DNA from: Mobula hypostoma
Lineage: Eukaryota
Direction: 5' to 3'
NCBI RefSeq assembly: GCF_963921235.1
Contig: NC_086108.1
Coordinates: 37,760,001-37,820,000, forward strand
DNA length: 60,000 nucleotides
Part shown: positions 1-13,529 of the stretch, piece after piece
Layout: every line of letters starts with the position of its first letter
Position numbering within the stretch: the first letter of the stretch is position 1
Notes under the pieces: model-generated
What the model was told of the DNA's origin: nothing
The model's input: only the letters and a program-made list of their open reading frames with translations
The model's database searches: none
Translations under genes and position numbers: made by a program

Positions 1-2439
1 CACAAAGTAATGATAGCAAAAATTGAAAATTTTAAAGATCTACAATGAAAAGCTAATTTATGTAATCTTTTAACTGTAAGTGAAAATCTAATACAGAAGC
101 TATGGTCAAAATACAGTTATCACTGAAATATAACAATTAAGAAAAAAAGAAAACGAGATAAGGATGGAAATATTACTATGATTTAAGATATATATTTTAC
201 CAAAGGGGAGACATCTAGGATACCCTACTCGCGGGTGAAGGGAGTGATGGGAGATTTGCAACCAGAGATGTCCCACTCAGGATATTTTACTTCTTGAAGA
301 TGTAACTTGCATCTCGGACAAAATAATTTTAGTGACTTATTTTCTTGCAATGTATTCTTTTTGTACCATTGCTACCACTATGATATAGAGTATCAGAGGA
401 CATAGATGAATTTATCAATGTGATGAAGGCTAAAATCTGCTGTTTACACCAAAGCAGTCAACCTGCTTATCAACACTGCTACAAACACACACTGCACCAA
501 TAAATTCAAAAAAATGAATAGTAAATATTTATTGCATCTGTTACTTTTGGAATGAAAAACTGCATGAACCCAAAGAGTGAAAGTCTTCCTTTCCTATACT
601 TGATTTACAATTTAAATCTTCTCTCCCAAAATTATTTATCATTATATCTGGATGTATGAAATATTCTACATTTGTCCTTTAAAGGTATAACACAGCTCTT
701 CCAAGTAGGTTGCATACTGGAGACTCAAGAGTTCGTAGTTGCATGTTTCTGTTTTCGTATCATTGGCATGATCTGATAAATTCTAAATCCACATCAGAAA
801 TTACAGAGCAGCTAGAAATTGAAAAGTACCCATTGGATTTCACAATCCACTGAATTTCTTCTACACTGGTTACACAATGAAAGATACACAACCTCAGAAG
901 TGAAGGAACATTTTTTTTTAAGATTCAGCACAAAATCAAGAATTCACAGCAAGAACTGGAAACACAAGAATTTGATTGACAGATACATATACACAAATGA
1001 GTAAAATAAAAGCAGAGTAAAATCTTATAGGATTGAAGCAAGTCAGCCATAAGCAAAACAGAGAATTGAACTACAGCCCTTTGGTGCTTTCAGCATAACC
1101 TCAGCAGCCTCTGTCCCGGTCTTTTACATTTTTATATAAAGTGAAATACCTTGTTCCATGTCAATCAAATTCCTGAGTAGCCAACCTGTGAATTCTTTAT
1201 TATAAATCTGGAAACTCGTTAATCCTTGGTGACCTTTATACCTGGTATAACAATTCTATTAAATCTGCTGTTCAACCTATATTTTATTTTTATAAATGTA
1301 ACAGCATGACATAGGCAATCAAATATGTAATTACTAAAATCAAAAAGAATTCACAAAATTGTTGCCTGCAATACATTAATTTCTTTCTTGACCAATCCCA
1401 CTGGTGCTCCACTGCTAGTTCGAATTACATGGAGTAGCATGAAAGACAAATTAACATCCAATGCCTTGTCAATCATGCAAAGATTTAATTCTTTGCTTCC
1501 ATATTAATTATTACTTGGACTATACATGCATGCAGCTACTATTATAAATTCTCATTTCCCTTCTTCCCAAATGAGATCTAACATTAAGTACATTTTGTTT
1601 GGAGGAACACTGGAGGCTCTGACAATTTTTTCTATTTGCAGTTTGCATATATAATGCAAACTGACAGAATTCAAAATAATTAATAGCTGCTGATGCAGAT
1701 CATCAAATAAATGCTGCTGTACTGTGGCAATGAACCACCTTGAAGCGATAGGGAGTAAATTTCAGAAGCAGAGTTTAATGCGTATGCACTACCACATCCT
1801 GTATTTAGCATACCTAAGAGAAGATGACTTTCTATTACTCAGTTCCTGTTTGCTGGCTGATTGAAAAGCGTAAAAGTGTGAATGTTGACAAAAGGGAGGA
1901 TCATATTCTGAGATATTGATCCCACACAATCAAATAGCTCACTCCATGAAGCTGGTATGAGGAAATTGTGAGAAAAATACTGAACAGTTTAAAATAGAGC
2001 CATTGATCAAATACAAATGCATGCAGAACAAAACATCTTTGTAATTAATTTTATAAATATTCAAAGAATGTTTGCTATATCATTCTGTTTGGATCATATT
2101 GATGATATTCAATACCATAGATATTTTATACCGCAGGTATCTTCTTTAAGATTACATTTTCTTCTTAAAGAAATGTATGACACTTCACAGGGTATGGAAT
2201 TCAAAAAATTGTTGACTCGGTTTTTAAATGAAAGATTCATCGCTTTAAATATTTATTTACTGTCTGCTTTTCAGTTCCTCTAATTGATGACTTGCATTTG
2301 CTTTGCCTCAGAAGGAATCAAAAAATGTTACAGTGTGTCCGAGAAGGAACATCAAGATCAAAGAGTCAGAATTGGCGATAATTGCAGATGATTACACAAT
2401 TCTATCGGCTATTCCTAAGACAAAGAAGTTTATGTTTGC

Positions 2440-2760
2440 GCACACCAAGGTCCAACCAACATTCAGTCATGATAAATAGCAGGCAGTATTCTTGTCACAT
2501 GCTAGGTAATGACCATATCCAAGAAGATTGAGTCAAACATTTACCCTTGACAATCAATGGCACAACCGTTTCAAAGTCTTCCATCATTATTACTTTGGTG
2601 GGAGAGGGTTTGTTAACCACTGGCTAGAAAAAGAACAAAAACAGGTACAAAACTACGTTGTACAGTGTGTTTCAATTTCCCACTTCCTATGGACCTTCCA
2701 CTTTCGATGTTAAAAGTGTCACGGAAATTCTTTCACTTAGGTACATTTCCAATAACCTAA
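2440..2760 (+). mobile_element. Highly degraded old LINE (CR1/L2-type) RT C-terminal fragment
   Basis: Weak resemblance to a common shark/ray LINE segment (gcaatgaccat.tcc.a.aag...ccccttgac..tcaatggca.tacc). No ORF remains. Confidence 0.35.
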
Positions 2761-3039
2761 GGAGATACAGAGCCCACAAAGTTAAAATCATTTCATAGTG
2801 ATCTTCACCAAGAATTATTACTTGTACTAGTAACTAATATAGCCGAAACAATTGGAATATTTTCTACTCATCTAGTCATAAAGTTTACAACTCATCTCTG
2901 CATTGTGCACATGCCCAGGAAACAACCACAGAAGGTGGCACATAAAGTAAACAGTTATAAAAAACATTTATGATCAATGTAAGTACTTCATAAATAGAGA
3001 TAATTGTCAATATGGAATGCTGCAAGTCTGATTCACTGA

Positions 3040-3480
3040 TTTATTGGCGGACAGCACGGGCTCAGTAATAACAAGGACTAGGCCTCAAGCTGTGGTGTCA
3101 CCTGTATACAGCTGCCAGAAGGAAAGCGTCAAAGGCGGTGTGCTCCACTGCGGCCAGAGTGGCACAGTGTCTGGGCTGGAATCGGTGCTACCCAACACTG
3201 GCCACCCACCCCAGTATTCACCTGGCAGAAGACAAGATGTATTGTCATTGTTTGCAGATTTCTAAGGCATTCATGGACACAGAGTCTGGACCACTTTGTT
3301 TTGTGTGGCAATATTTTACTGATACTCTACATGTGCTTATTATCTTGTATATGTTATGTGTGCTGTGTGTTACTGTTGGTACTGTGTTTTACATCTTGGT
3401 CTCAGAGTAACACTGTATCGTTTGGGTATTTCATGGGTATTTGTGTATGGTTGAATGACAATTAAACTTGAATCAAACTG
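3040..3480 (+). mobile_element. Rex1/Babar- or L2-like LINE 3' end remnant
   Basis: TG-rich 3' UTR ending gtatggttgaatgacaattaaacttgaa. A related tail occurs in reverse at ~38420. Confidence 0.5.
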
Positions 3481-6400
3481 AACAATTGTGCACAAGTACA
3501 CTGTGACAATTATATAACCAGAAAATAAATGGTTAATGATGCCCATTGTCTGCAAAAGAGTGAAGAATGGAATCATATATCTGTCACCAATTGAAAAGAA
3601 TAAGAAGATAGAAGAGTATAAAATTTGCTGCTAAAGTTGCTGCTAAACTAGGAGCTAATTTACATCAACAAACACAGATGTGATGTGTAAATGATTGTTG
3701 GTAGATTGTTCTATAGTCAGGAGATAATCAGTATGATGCCCATGAGGTTTCTCATGATCTGCTGTAGTGGCTGCAGGGAATAAGAGAGCTTCTTTACACC
3801 AGCAGTTCTCTTCTGCAGTTTATATTACCCTCTAGACCTGCCCACCTCCCCCCACCTCGTCTCTTCCTCACAAAATCACTGTATGGTGTGGGCAGTGGCA
3901 CAGGTGATGTCAGACATGAACCACATGCATTATGAGGGAATTTAGATGAAGCTGACCTATGAATGGCCATTTTTAACCTTCCTAATGCACCATTCCTCCC
4001 TGTCTAAAGGTGGACAATTGGTCCTGGGAGGGAGGAAGGTGAAAAGATTAGTGGAAGTGTTGAGAGGAGGGCTGTGGAAGATGTTTTAGAAAAATAATGC
4101 ATGTTTGTTTTTGTGTATGCAAATATACAGTGTACCTATATGTGGTGACAATGTCATCTGAGCAACTATTCCGAGAGCCCAATCAGCAATAGGAGCAGGC
4201 CACAGTGACAAAGTTTCTCTCAGGTCGACAACGCTTGTTTAAACCTACAGAAGGGACAAGTGGGGCGGATGTTGTTGGGAGTAGGACAGTGAAGAGAGTA
4301 GGAGAGTCAGGCTTTGCTTCAAAGGAGGTTTCAGCTCAAAGGAGAGCTGAAAAAAGGTGCTGAAGGGAAAAGAGGAAGGAGAGGGGAGCAGTGGTGATAG
4401 GGAACTCAATAGTCAGGGAAACAGACAGGACGGGAGACACCCGAATGGTATGTTACTTCCCAGGTGCTACGGTCAGGGACATCTTTGATCATGTCCAAAA
4501 CATTTTGGAGAGGGAGGGAGAGCAGCCAGGTGTCTTAGTACATAGGAAGGAAAAGCAAAGACATCCTGAAATAAGAACTTAGAGAACTAGAGAGAAAGCT
4601 GAGAAGCAGGATCTCCCGGGTATTAATTTCTGGATTGCTGCCTGTGCCATATGCTAGTGAGGGTAGAAACAGGATGATTTGGCAGATTGATGCGTGGCTG
4701 AGAAGTTGGTGCAGGGGGCGGAGCTGTAGGTTCTTAGATCGTTGGAACCTCTTCTGGGGGAGGTATGACCTGTCCAAAAGTGACGAGTTGCAGCTGAACC
4801 TGAGGGAAAACAATATTCTCGCTGGCAGGTTTGTTAGAGCTGTTGGGGAGGGGTTAAATTAATTTGGCAGGGGAGTAAGAAACAGAGTCAAGGGACAGGG
4901 TAGGACGAATGGTTAAAATAAGCATAAAGAGTGTGCAGTCAGATTGTCAGGAAGAGCAAGCTGATGATGTGATATATTCGCAGCCAGCAGGGTGAGTATC
5001 AGTGCATTAGGGATGCGGAAGTGAAAAGGGTAACAAATGCAGTGCACAAAGTGCTATATCTCAATGCAGGGAGTATAAGAAATACGGTGGGTGATTTTGT
5101 TGCACTATTACAGATAGTCAGGTATGATGTTATGGTCATCACTGAGTCGTGGCTGAAGAATGGTTGTAGTTGGGAGCTGAATGTCCAAGGTTACATGTCG
5201 TATCAGAGGGATAGGAAGGTAGGCAGAGGGGGTGGTGTGGTTCTGCTAGTAAAAAATGGCATCAAATCAGTAGAAAGATGTGACATAGGATCAGAAGATG
5301 TTGAATCCTTGTGAGTTGAGTTAAGAAACTGCAAGGGTAAACGGACCCTAACAGCCATTATATACAGGCCTCCCAACAGTAGCTGGGATGTGGACCACAG
5401 ATTTCAACAGAAAATAGAAAGGAGTGTCAAATGGGCAATGTTATGATAGTTATGGGAGATTTCAACATGCAGGTGAATTGGGAAAACCAGGTTGGAAATG
5501 GGATCTCAGGAGAGTGAGTTTGTTGAATGCCTACAAGATGGCTATTTAGAGCAGTTTGTCGTTGATGCTACTGAGGGATCAGCTACACTGGATTGGGAGT
5601 TATGTAATAAACTTGAGTTGATTAAGGAGTCTAAGGTAAAAGAATCCTTAGGAGGCAGTGATCACAATATGATTGAGCTCAACTTGAAATTTAGTAGGGA
5701 GAAAGTAAACTCTGATATAGCAATATTTTGGCGGAATAGAGGAAATTACAGTGGTATGAGAGAGGAGTTGGTCAAAGTAAATTGGAAGATGATGGTGGTT
5801 GGAATGACAGCAGAGCAGCAATGGTGTAAGTTCCTGGGGAAAATGAGGAAGGTGCAGAATAGTTGTATTCCAAAAATGCAGAAATACTCAAATGGCAGAA
5901 CAGTACAACATTGGCTGACAAGGGAAGTCAAAGCTAATGTAAACGCAAAAGAGAGGGCATACAACAACACAAAAATAGTGGTAAAACAGAGGATTGGGAA
6001 GCATTTAAAAACTTACAGAGAGCAACTAAAATAATCATTAGGAGGAAAAAGATGAAATGAAAAGCAAGATAGGAAACAATATCAAAGTGGATAGTAAAAG
6101 CTTTTTCAAGTATGTAAAAAATAAAAAGAAGATGAGTGCAAATATAAAACCGCTAGAAAATGAGGCCAGAGAAATAATAATGGGGGCCAAGAAGATGGAA
6201 GATGAAGTAAATGCATATTTTGCATCAGTCTTCATTGTGGAAGACACTGGCAGTGTACCAGCTGTTGAAGGGTGTGAGGGAAGAGAAGTGAGTGTAGTTG
6301 CTATTACAAAGGGGAAGGTGCTCAAAAAGCTGAAAGATTTAAGGATACATAAGTCACCCCAACCAGATGAACTGCACCCTAGGTAGCACCCTAGGAAAGA

Positions 6401-7166
6401 GGTAGCGGTAGAGATTGCGGAGGCATTGGTAATGATCTTTCAAAAATCATTGGACCCTGGCATGGTGGCAGAGAATTGGAAAATTTAAAATGTCACTACG
6501 CTCTTTAGGATAGGATGGATAAAGGGGCTGTAGTGGATGTTGTATATTTAGACTTCCAGAAGGTCTTTGACAAGGTACCACACATGAGGCTGCTACCGTG
6601 TTAAGAACCTATGGCATTACAGGAAACTTACTGGCATGGGTTAGAACATTGGCTGATTGGTAGGAGGCAGGGAGTGGGAATAAAAGTATCCTTTTCTGGT
6701 TGGCTGCCAGTAACTAGTGGTGTTCCACAGGGGTCGGTGCTGAGACTGCTTCTTTTTATGCTGTATATTGCTTTGTTGCCAAGTTTGCAGATGATATGAA
6801 AATCGGTGGAGGGTCAAGTAGTGTTGAGGAGACAGGAAGGCTGCAAAAGGATGCAGACAAATTAAGAGAGTGGACAAGAAGTTGGCAAATGAAATACAAT
6901 GTTGGAAAATGCATGATCATGCACTTTGGCAGAAGAAATAAATGTGCAGACTATTTACTAAATGGGGAAAAAAATCCAAAATTCTGAGATACAAAGGGAC
7001 TTGGGAGTACTTGTGCAGAACACTCTAAAGGTTAAGTGTTAGTTGAGCTGGTGGTGAGGAAGGCAAATGCCATGTTAGCATTCATTTCAAGAGGTCTAGA
7101 ATACAATAGCAGGGATATGATGCTGAGGCTTTATAAGGCAAGGGTGAGGCCTCACCTTGAGTATTG

Positions 7167-7239
7167 CTGAAGGGTTTCGGCCTGGAATGTCGAAGTATTT
7201 TTTTCCATAGATGCTGCCTGGCCTGCTGAGTTCATCCAG

Positions 7240-7286
<47 letters not shown>

Positions 7287-7295
7287 GCTCAAATG
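7167..7295 (+). mobile_element. Penelope-like element terminal repeat (pLTR) fragment inserted in CR1
   Basis: ctgaagggtttcggcctggaatgtcga...catagatgctgcctggcctgctgagttcatccagcattttgtgtg..ttgctc is homologous to 11742-11880, 40907-41185 and 43450-43560. It splits the CR1 sequence gagtattg|tgaacagttttgg. Confidence 0.8.
7245..7284 (+). repeat. (TG)20 microsatellite
   Basis: Perfect TG dinucleotide run of 40 bp. Confidence 0.97.
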
Positions 7296-9477
7296 TTGTG
7301 AACAGTTTTGGGTTCCTCATCCAAGAAAAGATGTGCTGGCATTGGAGAGGATTCAGATGAGGTTCACAAGCATGATTGCATAAATGAAAGGAATATCATA
7401 CATGAAACATTTGATAGCTCTGGCTCTGTATTCGCTGGAATTTAGAAGAATGAGGGGGGATCTCATTGAAACCTCCTGAATGCTGAAAGATCTAGACAGT
7501 GTAGATGTGGAAAAGATGTTTCCTATGATGGGGGAATCTTGGACTCGAGGGCAGAGCCTTAGGATAGAAGGGGCATCCATTTAAAACAGAGATGCAGAGA
7601 AATTTCTTTCGCTGAGGGTGGTGAATTTGTGGAATTTATTACCACAGGCAGCCGTGGAGGCCAGGCCACTGGGCGCATTTAAGGCAGAGCTTGATAGGTT
7701 CTTGATTGGACACGGCATGAAAGGTTACAGGGAGAAGGCTGGGAATTGGGATTGAGGAGGAGAAAAAAAGAAGGATCAGCCATGATAAAATGGTGGAGCA
7801 GACTCGACAGCCAAATATGTTTAATGGTCTAAAATTATATTAAGAGTACGCAGCCAATCTCCAGTTATCCTGGAGCTCCATGCCACTGGACTAAGAACTT
7901 ATTCTTCATAGTCTATAAAGTGAATGATATGCAACGGCTGAGGAAAATGAATGTCTTTCTACGACACTCCTTTGTTTGCTATTTTAATGCATTCATTAAC
8001 TTATTTATTTGAAATGAGTTGACTCTGTCAAAACAGTGGCCAAGGAAACATCATATAGGCAAATAAGTATTTATCCACTAATGTGACCAATGGTACCGTC
8101 TAGGTCTTTTTATCATTCGCAAGGCACCAAAACAATAGTTAGAATGAGCACAGAGCCATGAACGGCTGGAAGGAAAAAAAATGTATGTGATATCTCTATC
8201 ACACCATTGTTGCTACTAGATCTAATTAATATATACAAGTCTTATTAGGGCTGTCAGAATCTGTCAGGCTGGTTTATGCATTAATCTTTCACTACACCCT
8301 CATTATGCTAGGTACCTTCGTAACAGGCTGCAGCAAGAAGCATACAAAAATCTTTCCCTGAAAGTACAAATGAATACTCTGAACCTTTGTATCAGACTCT
8401 TCAGACTGTTCCAAAGGAAGTTGTGAAGATCAAGCGTTACTGGGGTATTAAATAACAATCCTACACTGTTGTGACACTATTTCATTGTGGATATTAGGCC
8501 TCAAAGATTGGATTTCATTCAATGTCACACTCACAGTTCATCTGTAATCAACTTTGACCTAAAAGGGGTATTTTCTCAGATTAACTGTACTAAGGACTGC
8601 ATAAAAACTCTTCCAGGACAGTTTGATTTATAGCCTTGTCTTTCTCTGCGTTTTACTCACTTTTAATCTTCCTTGGTAGCAACAAGATTGCCTAATACAA
8701 GAATAAGAAAAAAGATAGAGAAGGTAGGTGAAATAACTATGAATTGTTTTAACAAAACTGTTCACACTTCACCAGATAGATAGTTAGAAAGCGAAAATAG
8801 ATATAGCAAGATAAGTGCTGAAGGCTAAATAACCATGAACAACTCAGCCAGTCTGAAAGGACAATCAGGCACAAAGAGATAAGAGCATCTTCCCAATAAT
8901 GTGAAAACAAGCCTTACACAAGATTAAAATGTCCAAAACAAGGAGAATAAATGCTCTATGAAAACTAGGATGAATAAAAAAACTTAAAATAAACAGCAAT
9001 AGATCCAAATTAACTACTCATATCACTTTGAAACATACCCATTTCTCCCAGCTAACTATATGATAATAATATTCACAAAATATATGTTAGAACAGAGATG
9101 ATAATTTATCAGAAACGTTCAGATCATCATAAATGAGTACCTATTCATTATGAATAACTAAAATAACTAAATTGAAACAGCACTGCTGCTAGGACTGAAT
9201 AAGATGAAATACACCACAGAAACATTTTGCCTTACAGGGCTCAAGACAAAATTAATGAAGAAATTTGACTGCTTACATGGGTTTGAAAAATACAGTTGCA
9301 TAACTAGAATTTTTTTCAGGTTTTTCCAAATGGAAAAGCATTTTTTTTGAAAATGAAATGTGGTACAAGCGCTTCCACATCAGTTTGTATCACTCTGGAA
9401 ATTTGATCGAGCACTTTCTTCTGCTGTGTTGCGATTTTCACATTGGGTGCGTAGGAGATCACATCATTTCTCATGCA

Positions 9478-9960
9478 TTCAAAGTTCAAAGTACACTTAT
9501 TATCAAAGTAAGTATGCACTATAAAATCTTGAGATTCATCTCCTAACAGGCAGCCATGAAACAAAGACATCCAAATAAACCCAAATATAAAAGAAGACTC
9601 TCCAACACCCAATGTGCAGAGAGTTAAAACTACATCATGCCCATAAAAGAGAACCCATTAAAAATAAAAGAATAAAATAACACTCAATAGGTAATGAAAA
9701 ACAAAATAGCTGTAACTGCAAGCTAATAGTATTTCTGAATTGAGGTCCGCAAAGAGAGACACATAGTTCAACATAGAGCAAGTAAACGTAATGATGCAGT
9801 GATCGAAACTGGTCCGTATGTAATGTCGGGCCTGACACCCTGACCTTTTCAGTCCGGCCCGGCGTTTAACTCTCCATCCAAACATCCGGTTCGGCCACTT
9901 CAAACAGCATTCTGAACCGATCCACCCCTTGCTTCGGGCCTTGACACCTTGACCTTCTGT
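9478..9960 (-). mobile_element. SINE-like / LINE 3'-tail repeat
   Basis: Starts with aaagttcaaagtacacttattatcaaagta (reverse of an AATAA..TTTGAACTTT-type tail), followed by a GC-rich body with repeated ccggc motifs. Confidence 0.45.
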
Positions 9961-11741
9961 CTCGAGAATCACCAGTATTGATTTTCCCAATATAACCCAC
10001 GAGTGGTCCAGCAACTAAATCCTTAACTAACTTCCATCATTCCGCACCCTCTCACTCTGTATTAATCTCATTCACTGTCCACCACTATTAAAATCTAGGC
10101 TGAAACACCTTGGTTCATAAATCCTTCTGGCTTCACAGCTCAGCAATGCTGAAGATCATAAAGGAGGACTTGATCTCTCAATCCATACCGCAGGCCCCAG
10201 TGGCTGTAAACCACTCCTGCCAAGACTTGAACCATGGCTTCAGACCTTTTTGGCCATTGTTAGCCATTCCTCCCAACTGACCCCTTAAACCTGGCTTCAG
10301 TTGTGACTGCAGAATACCTCACAAAAATGTGCACTCCCCAATTATTTGTGCACAAGGCCTTCAAAAGACTAGTCTTTCGCACCACTACAATACCCAACTC
10401 ACTTTGGTACCTTAGAAAAATTGGGTCATTATTTTTTATGGCTACATTACCAACAGTCACTGAGGAAGCTATCACTAGAATAAAAAAACAAGATATCAGA
10501 GTAGATGGCTGGGAGCAATCTTATCCTTTCCAGCCGCGTTGAAAACATGTCTAATGCCATCTTAGTGTAGATGCAGTAGATCAGCCCCAGTAGTCATATA
10601 CCCGCTCTAGGCTCTGAACCAAATAGAAGTTTACACTAATTGTTGTAGGTTTACATGCAGCCTTACCAGCAGTCCTTAAAAGGAATACAGCACAGAACAG
10701 GACAGCTTAGTAGCAGAATCTTCACTCCATAATGTTATGCCGAACTAACTAGTAAGGAAATGCTCAACTAAAGTAATTTCTTCTACCTACATAATGTCCA
10801 TGTCCTTCCTTTTCTTGCACATTCTTGTGCCTATTTATGAGCCTCTTGAGTACCTCTATTGTATTTGTCTCCAGCACCACCCCTGGCAGCTCACTTCAGA
10901 CACCCACCACACTGTGTGTGGAAGAAGTTTGCCCTAAACTTCTCCTTTGAACTTACCCACTTTCACCGTAAATGCATGCCCTCTGGTATAAAACATTTCA
11001 ACACTGGGAAAAAAAGATTCTGGATGCTCAATCTAAGCCTATCATAAACTTTTATCAGATCTTGTTTCAGCCTCAGCTGCTGTAGAGAAAACAGCCCAAA
11101 TTTGTCCACCCTTCTAGATGAGCTTTCCATGAGGAACATTGTCAAACACTTTACTAAAATGTACGTAGACAACATCCAGCTTCATCAATCACCATCATTA
11201 TCTCCTCCGAAAACTGACATGAATTGCCCTGCACCAAGCCATGCAGACTAAACAGGCTATGCTTTTTTTCCCAAGTGTTTATAAATCCACTGTCCATTGA
11301 TCCTCCCCAACAGGTTTTCTACCACTTACATGAGACTCTCTGGTCTATAGTTTTCCGGATAATAAAACAACATTAGCTACTCATCCATTCTCTGTGACCT
11401 GTCCTGTGGCTAGGGAGGACATGAAGATATTGGTCAAGGCCCCGGCAATGATATCCCTTGCTTTCTCAATAACCTGGAGAGTACCCCATCGGGCCCCGAG
11501 GACATTTACTTAATGTTTCTAAGAGATCCAACACTACCTCCTTTGCTTTGTCTCACAGTGTCCTAGCATATTTGCATGCTCCACACAGATCTCCCTATTC
11601 TTCTCATTGGCTAATAATGATGCAAAATACTCATTTAGGATATTATCCACATCCTTTCCCTCCTAACACGTACTCTTTCCTTTATCCCTGAGTGGTCCTA
11701 TCCACTGCCTGGTTTTCCTCTTGCTCCTAATATATGTATAG

Positions 11742-12242
11742 GCGACAACACGAGGAATTCTGCAGATGCTGGAAATTCAAGCAACACACATCAAAGTTGC
11801 TGGTGAATGCAGCAAGCGAGGCAGCGTCTCTAGGAAGAGGTACAGTCGATGTTTCGGGCCAAGACCCTTCGTCAGGACTAACTGAAGGAAGAGTTAGTAA
11901 GAGATTTGAAAGTGGGAGGGGGAGGGGGAGATCCAAAATGATAGGAGAAGACAGGAGGGAGAGGGATGGAGCCAAGAGCTGGATAAGTGATTGGCAAAAG
12001 GGATATGAGAGGATCATGGGACAGGAGACCCAGGGAGAAAGAAAAGCGGGGGGGGGGGAAACCCAGAGGAAGGACAAGGGGTATAGTGAGTGGGACAGAG
12101 GGAGAAAAAGGAGAGCGAGAAAAAGAATGTGTGTATATAAATAAATAATGGATGGGGTACGAGGGGGAGGTGGGGCATTAGCAGAAGTTTGAGAAGTCAA
12201 TGTTCATGCCATCAGGTTGGAGGCTACCCAGATGGAACATAA
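11742..12242 (-). mobile_element. 5'-truncated Penelope-like element (GIY-YIG C-terminus, pyrimidine-rich 3' UTR, pLTR)
   Basis: Minus strand reads ...FHLGSLQPDGMNIDFSNFC* followed by a C/T-rich UTR and the terminal repeat with the hammerhead-like motif. It splits the host CR1 between taatatatgtata and tcttggaattc. Confidence 0.85.
11843..11880 (-). ncRNA. Minimal type I hammerhead ribozyme-like motif (best-preserved copy)
   Basis: Minus strand: UAGUC-CUGACGA-A-GGGU CUUG GCCC-GAAA-C A U C-GACUG. Stem I (UAGUC/GACUG), core CUGANGA, stem II with tetraloop and GAAA are intact. The palindromic ACGU is mutated to ACAU. Confidence 0.7.
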
Positions 12243-12924
12243 TCTTGGAATTCTTTTTAATCCTATTTGTTAAGGACTTTTCAAGGCCACACTTGGCTCT
12301 CCCAATTCCCTTCTCGAGTGCTATCCTGGCTTCTTTATAATCTTACTGGAATAAACCTAACCTGTACTGAGCAGTTGATCTTTAAACATCCTCCAAATGT
12401 TGGATATGAACTTGCCCAATTGTTAACACCAAATAACAACTGTTAGCAATTAATTCTCTCTAGTTCCTGTCGAATATTTTTGCAACTTTCCTTTTCCAAT
12501 GAAACACTCTCATAAAATCAATATTTATCCTTGTATTTTGCTGCCTTAAATTTTAAGGAGTTGTGAGCATTGTTTGTTAACTGGTACTCCACTGAAACGT
12601 CAGTCACTATGCCACCTCATTATCCAACACCAGGTCAGTATGGCTCCTTCTCTTGTTAGACGATCTCCATATCGATTTAGAAATCTTCCTGAATGCACCT
12701 AACTAATTCTGCCCCATTTAAACTTCTTGCACTGAGGAATTAAATTAAATAAGTGGAAGTCACTTACTACATCAGCTCTGTTTTTACACCTTTCCCTAAT
12801 CTGCTTGCATATCTGTTCCTCAATGTCCAAGTGACTATTGGGGGTGTGTAGTATACATCTCAAGGGATGAGCCTTCATCATGTCCCTTCTAAATGCAACT
12901 GTAATATTACCCTTGATTCAGTTT

Positions 12925-13222
12925 TTGGTGTCAGTGATCTGTTAGATTTTTTGTGAAGGAGGGGTTGGGGGATTTGGGGTTTGATGTTCTAGCTGTCCTT
13001 TTACATGTGGGCGATCTATTAGTTTTTTGTGCGAGGGAGGGGGAAGAGGTTTGGGATTTGCAAGTTTTGTTTCTTTTTCATTTTCATGTGGGGTGGGGGG
13101 TTATGTTTTCTCTTTTAACAATACCCATGGTTTTTCTGTATTTCATGGCTATCTGGAGAAGGCGAATATCAGAATTGTATTGTACATGCATTCTTTAACA
13201 ATAAAATGAAGCTTTGAACCTT
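12925..13222 (+). mobile_element. SINE/LINE 3'-tail fragment (Rex/L2-type tail)
   Basis: G/T-rich body ending ggctatctggagaaggcgaat..cagaattgtattg..aataaaatgaagctttgaacc. A similar tail lies at 46300-46390. Confidence 0.5.
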
Positions 13223-13529
13223 ATAATTCCATGTGCTGATCCATGCTGTAAGTTCATCATCAATTGTCATAATACTCCTAGTATTATGATACACATACTT
13301 TGTCCAATTGTGTCTATCACCTTACTCCTGCCTGTTCTTACTTGTCATGACATCTGTCTTCTACTCAATATCTTCACTTTTTGATCTAGTGCTCTCATTC
13401 CTAACCTCATACCAAACTAGTTTAAATCCTCCCAAATAGCACTAGTGAATTTCCTGGCCAGGATATTAGTTTCCCTCCATTTCTGGTATAATCTGTCCCT
13501 CTTGCACAAGTCATCCCTGCCCCAGAAGA

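Larger units (their letters stand above)
4185..7830 (+). mobile_element. Near full-length, degraded CR1 LINE (ORF1 esterase; ORF2 APE endonuclease + RT; 3' UTR)
   Basis: ORF fragments: VIGNSIVR..VCYFPGA and AWLRSWCR..FLDRWNLFW (SGNH esterase ORF1); YLNAGSIRN/ITESW and SDHNMI (APE); [10 protein letters not shown] and KFADD (RT). Many stops and frameshifts. Interrupted by a Penelope terminal repeat at 7167-7295. Confidence 0.9.
10690..12920 (-). mobile_element. Degraded, internally deleted CR1 LINE, interrupted by a Penelope insertion
   Basis: CR1 3' UTR at ~10690. Reverse-frame remnants LGLFSL..RL..DLIKVY (RT end) and DIEEQICKQIRERCKN..VVSDF (endonuclease). Confidence 0.75.

Noticed and set aside
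1220..1290. Minus-strand ...TTGTTATACCAG|gtataa resembling the end (LLYQ) of the next KCNT2 exon
   Set aside because: Upstream codons do not give SISMLDT or FRLPFAAG, so the match is coincidental.
6373..6394. Short tandem duplications in CR1s (GCACCCTAGG x2 here; 22-bp unit at 25341-25387)
   Set aside because: Ordinary slippage or repair duplications in dead repeats.
11727..12200. Overlapping 157-aa and 136-aa ORFs
   Set aside because: Low-complexity frames across the purine/pyrimidine-skewed Penelope 3' UTR, with no protein-family signal.
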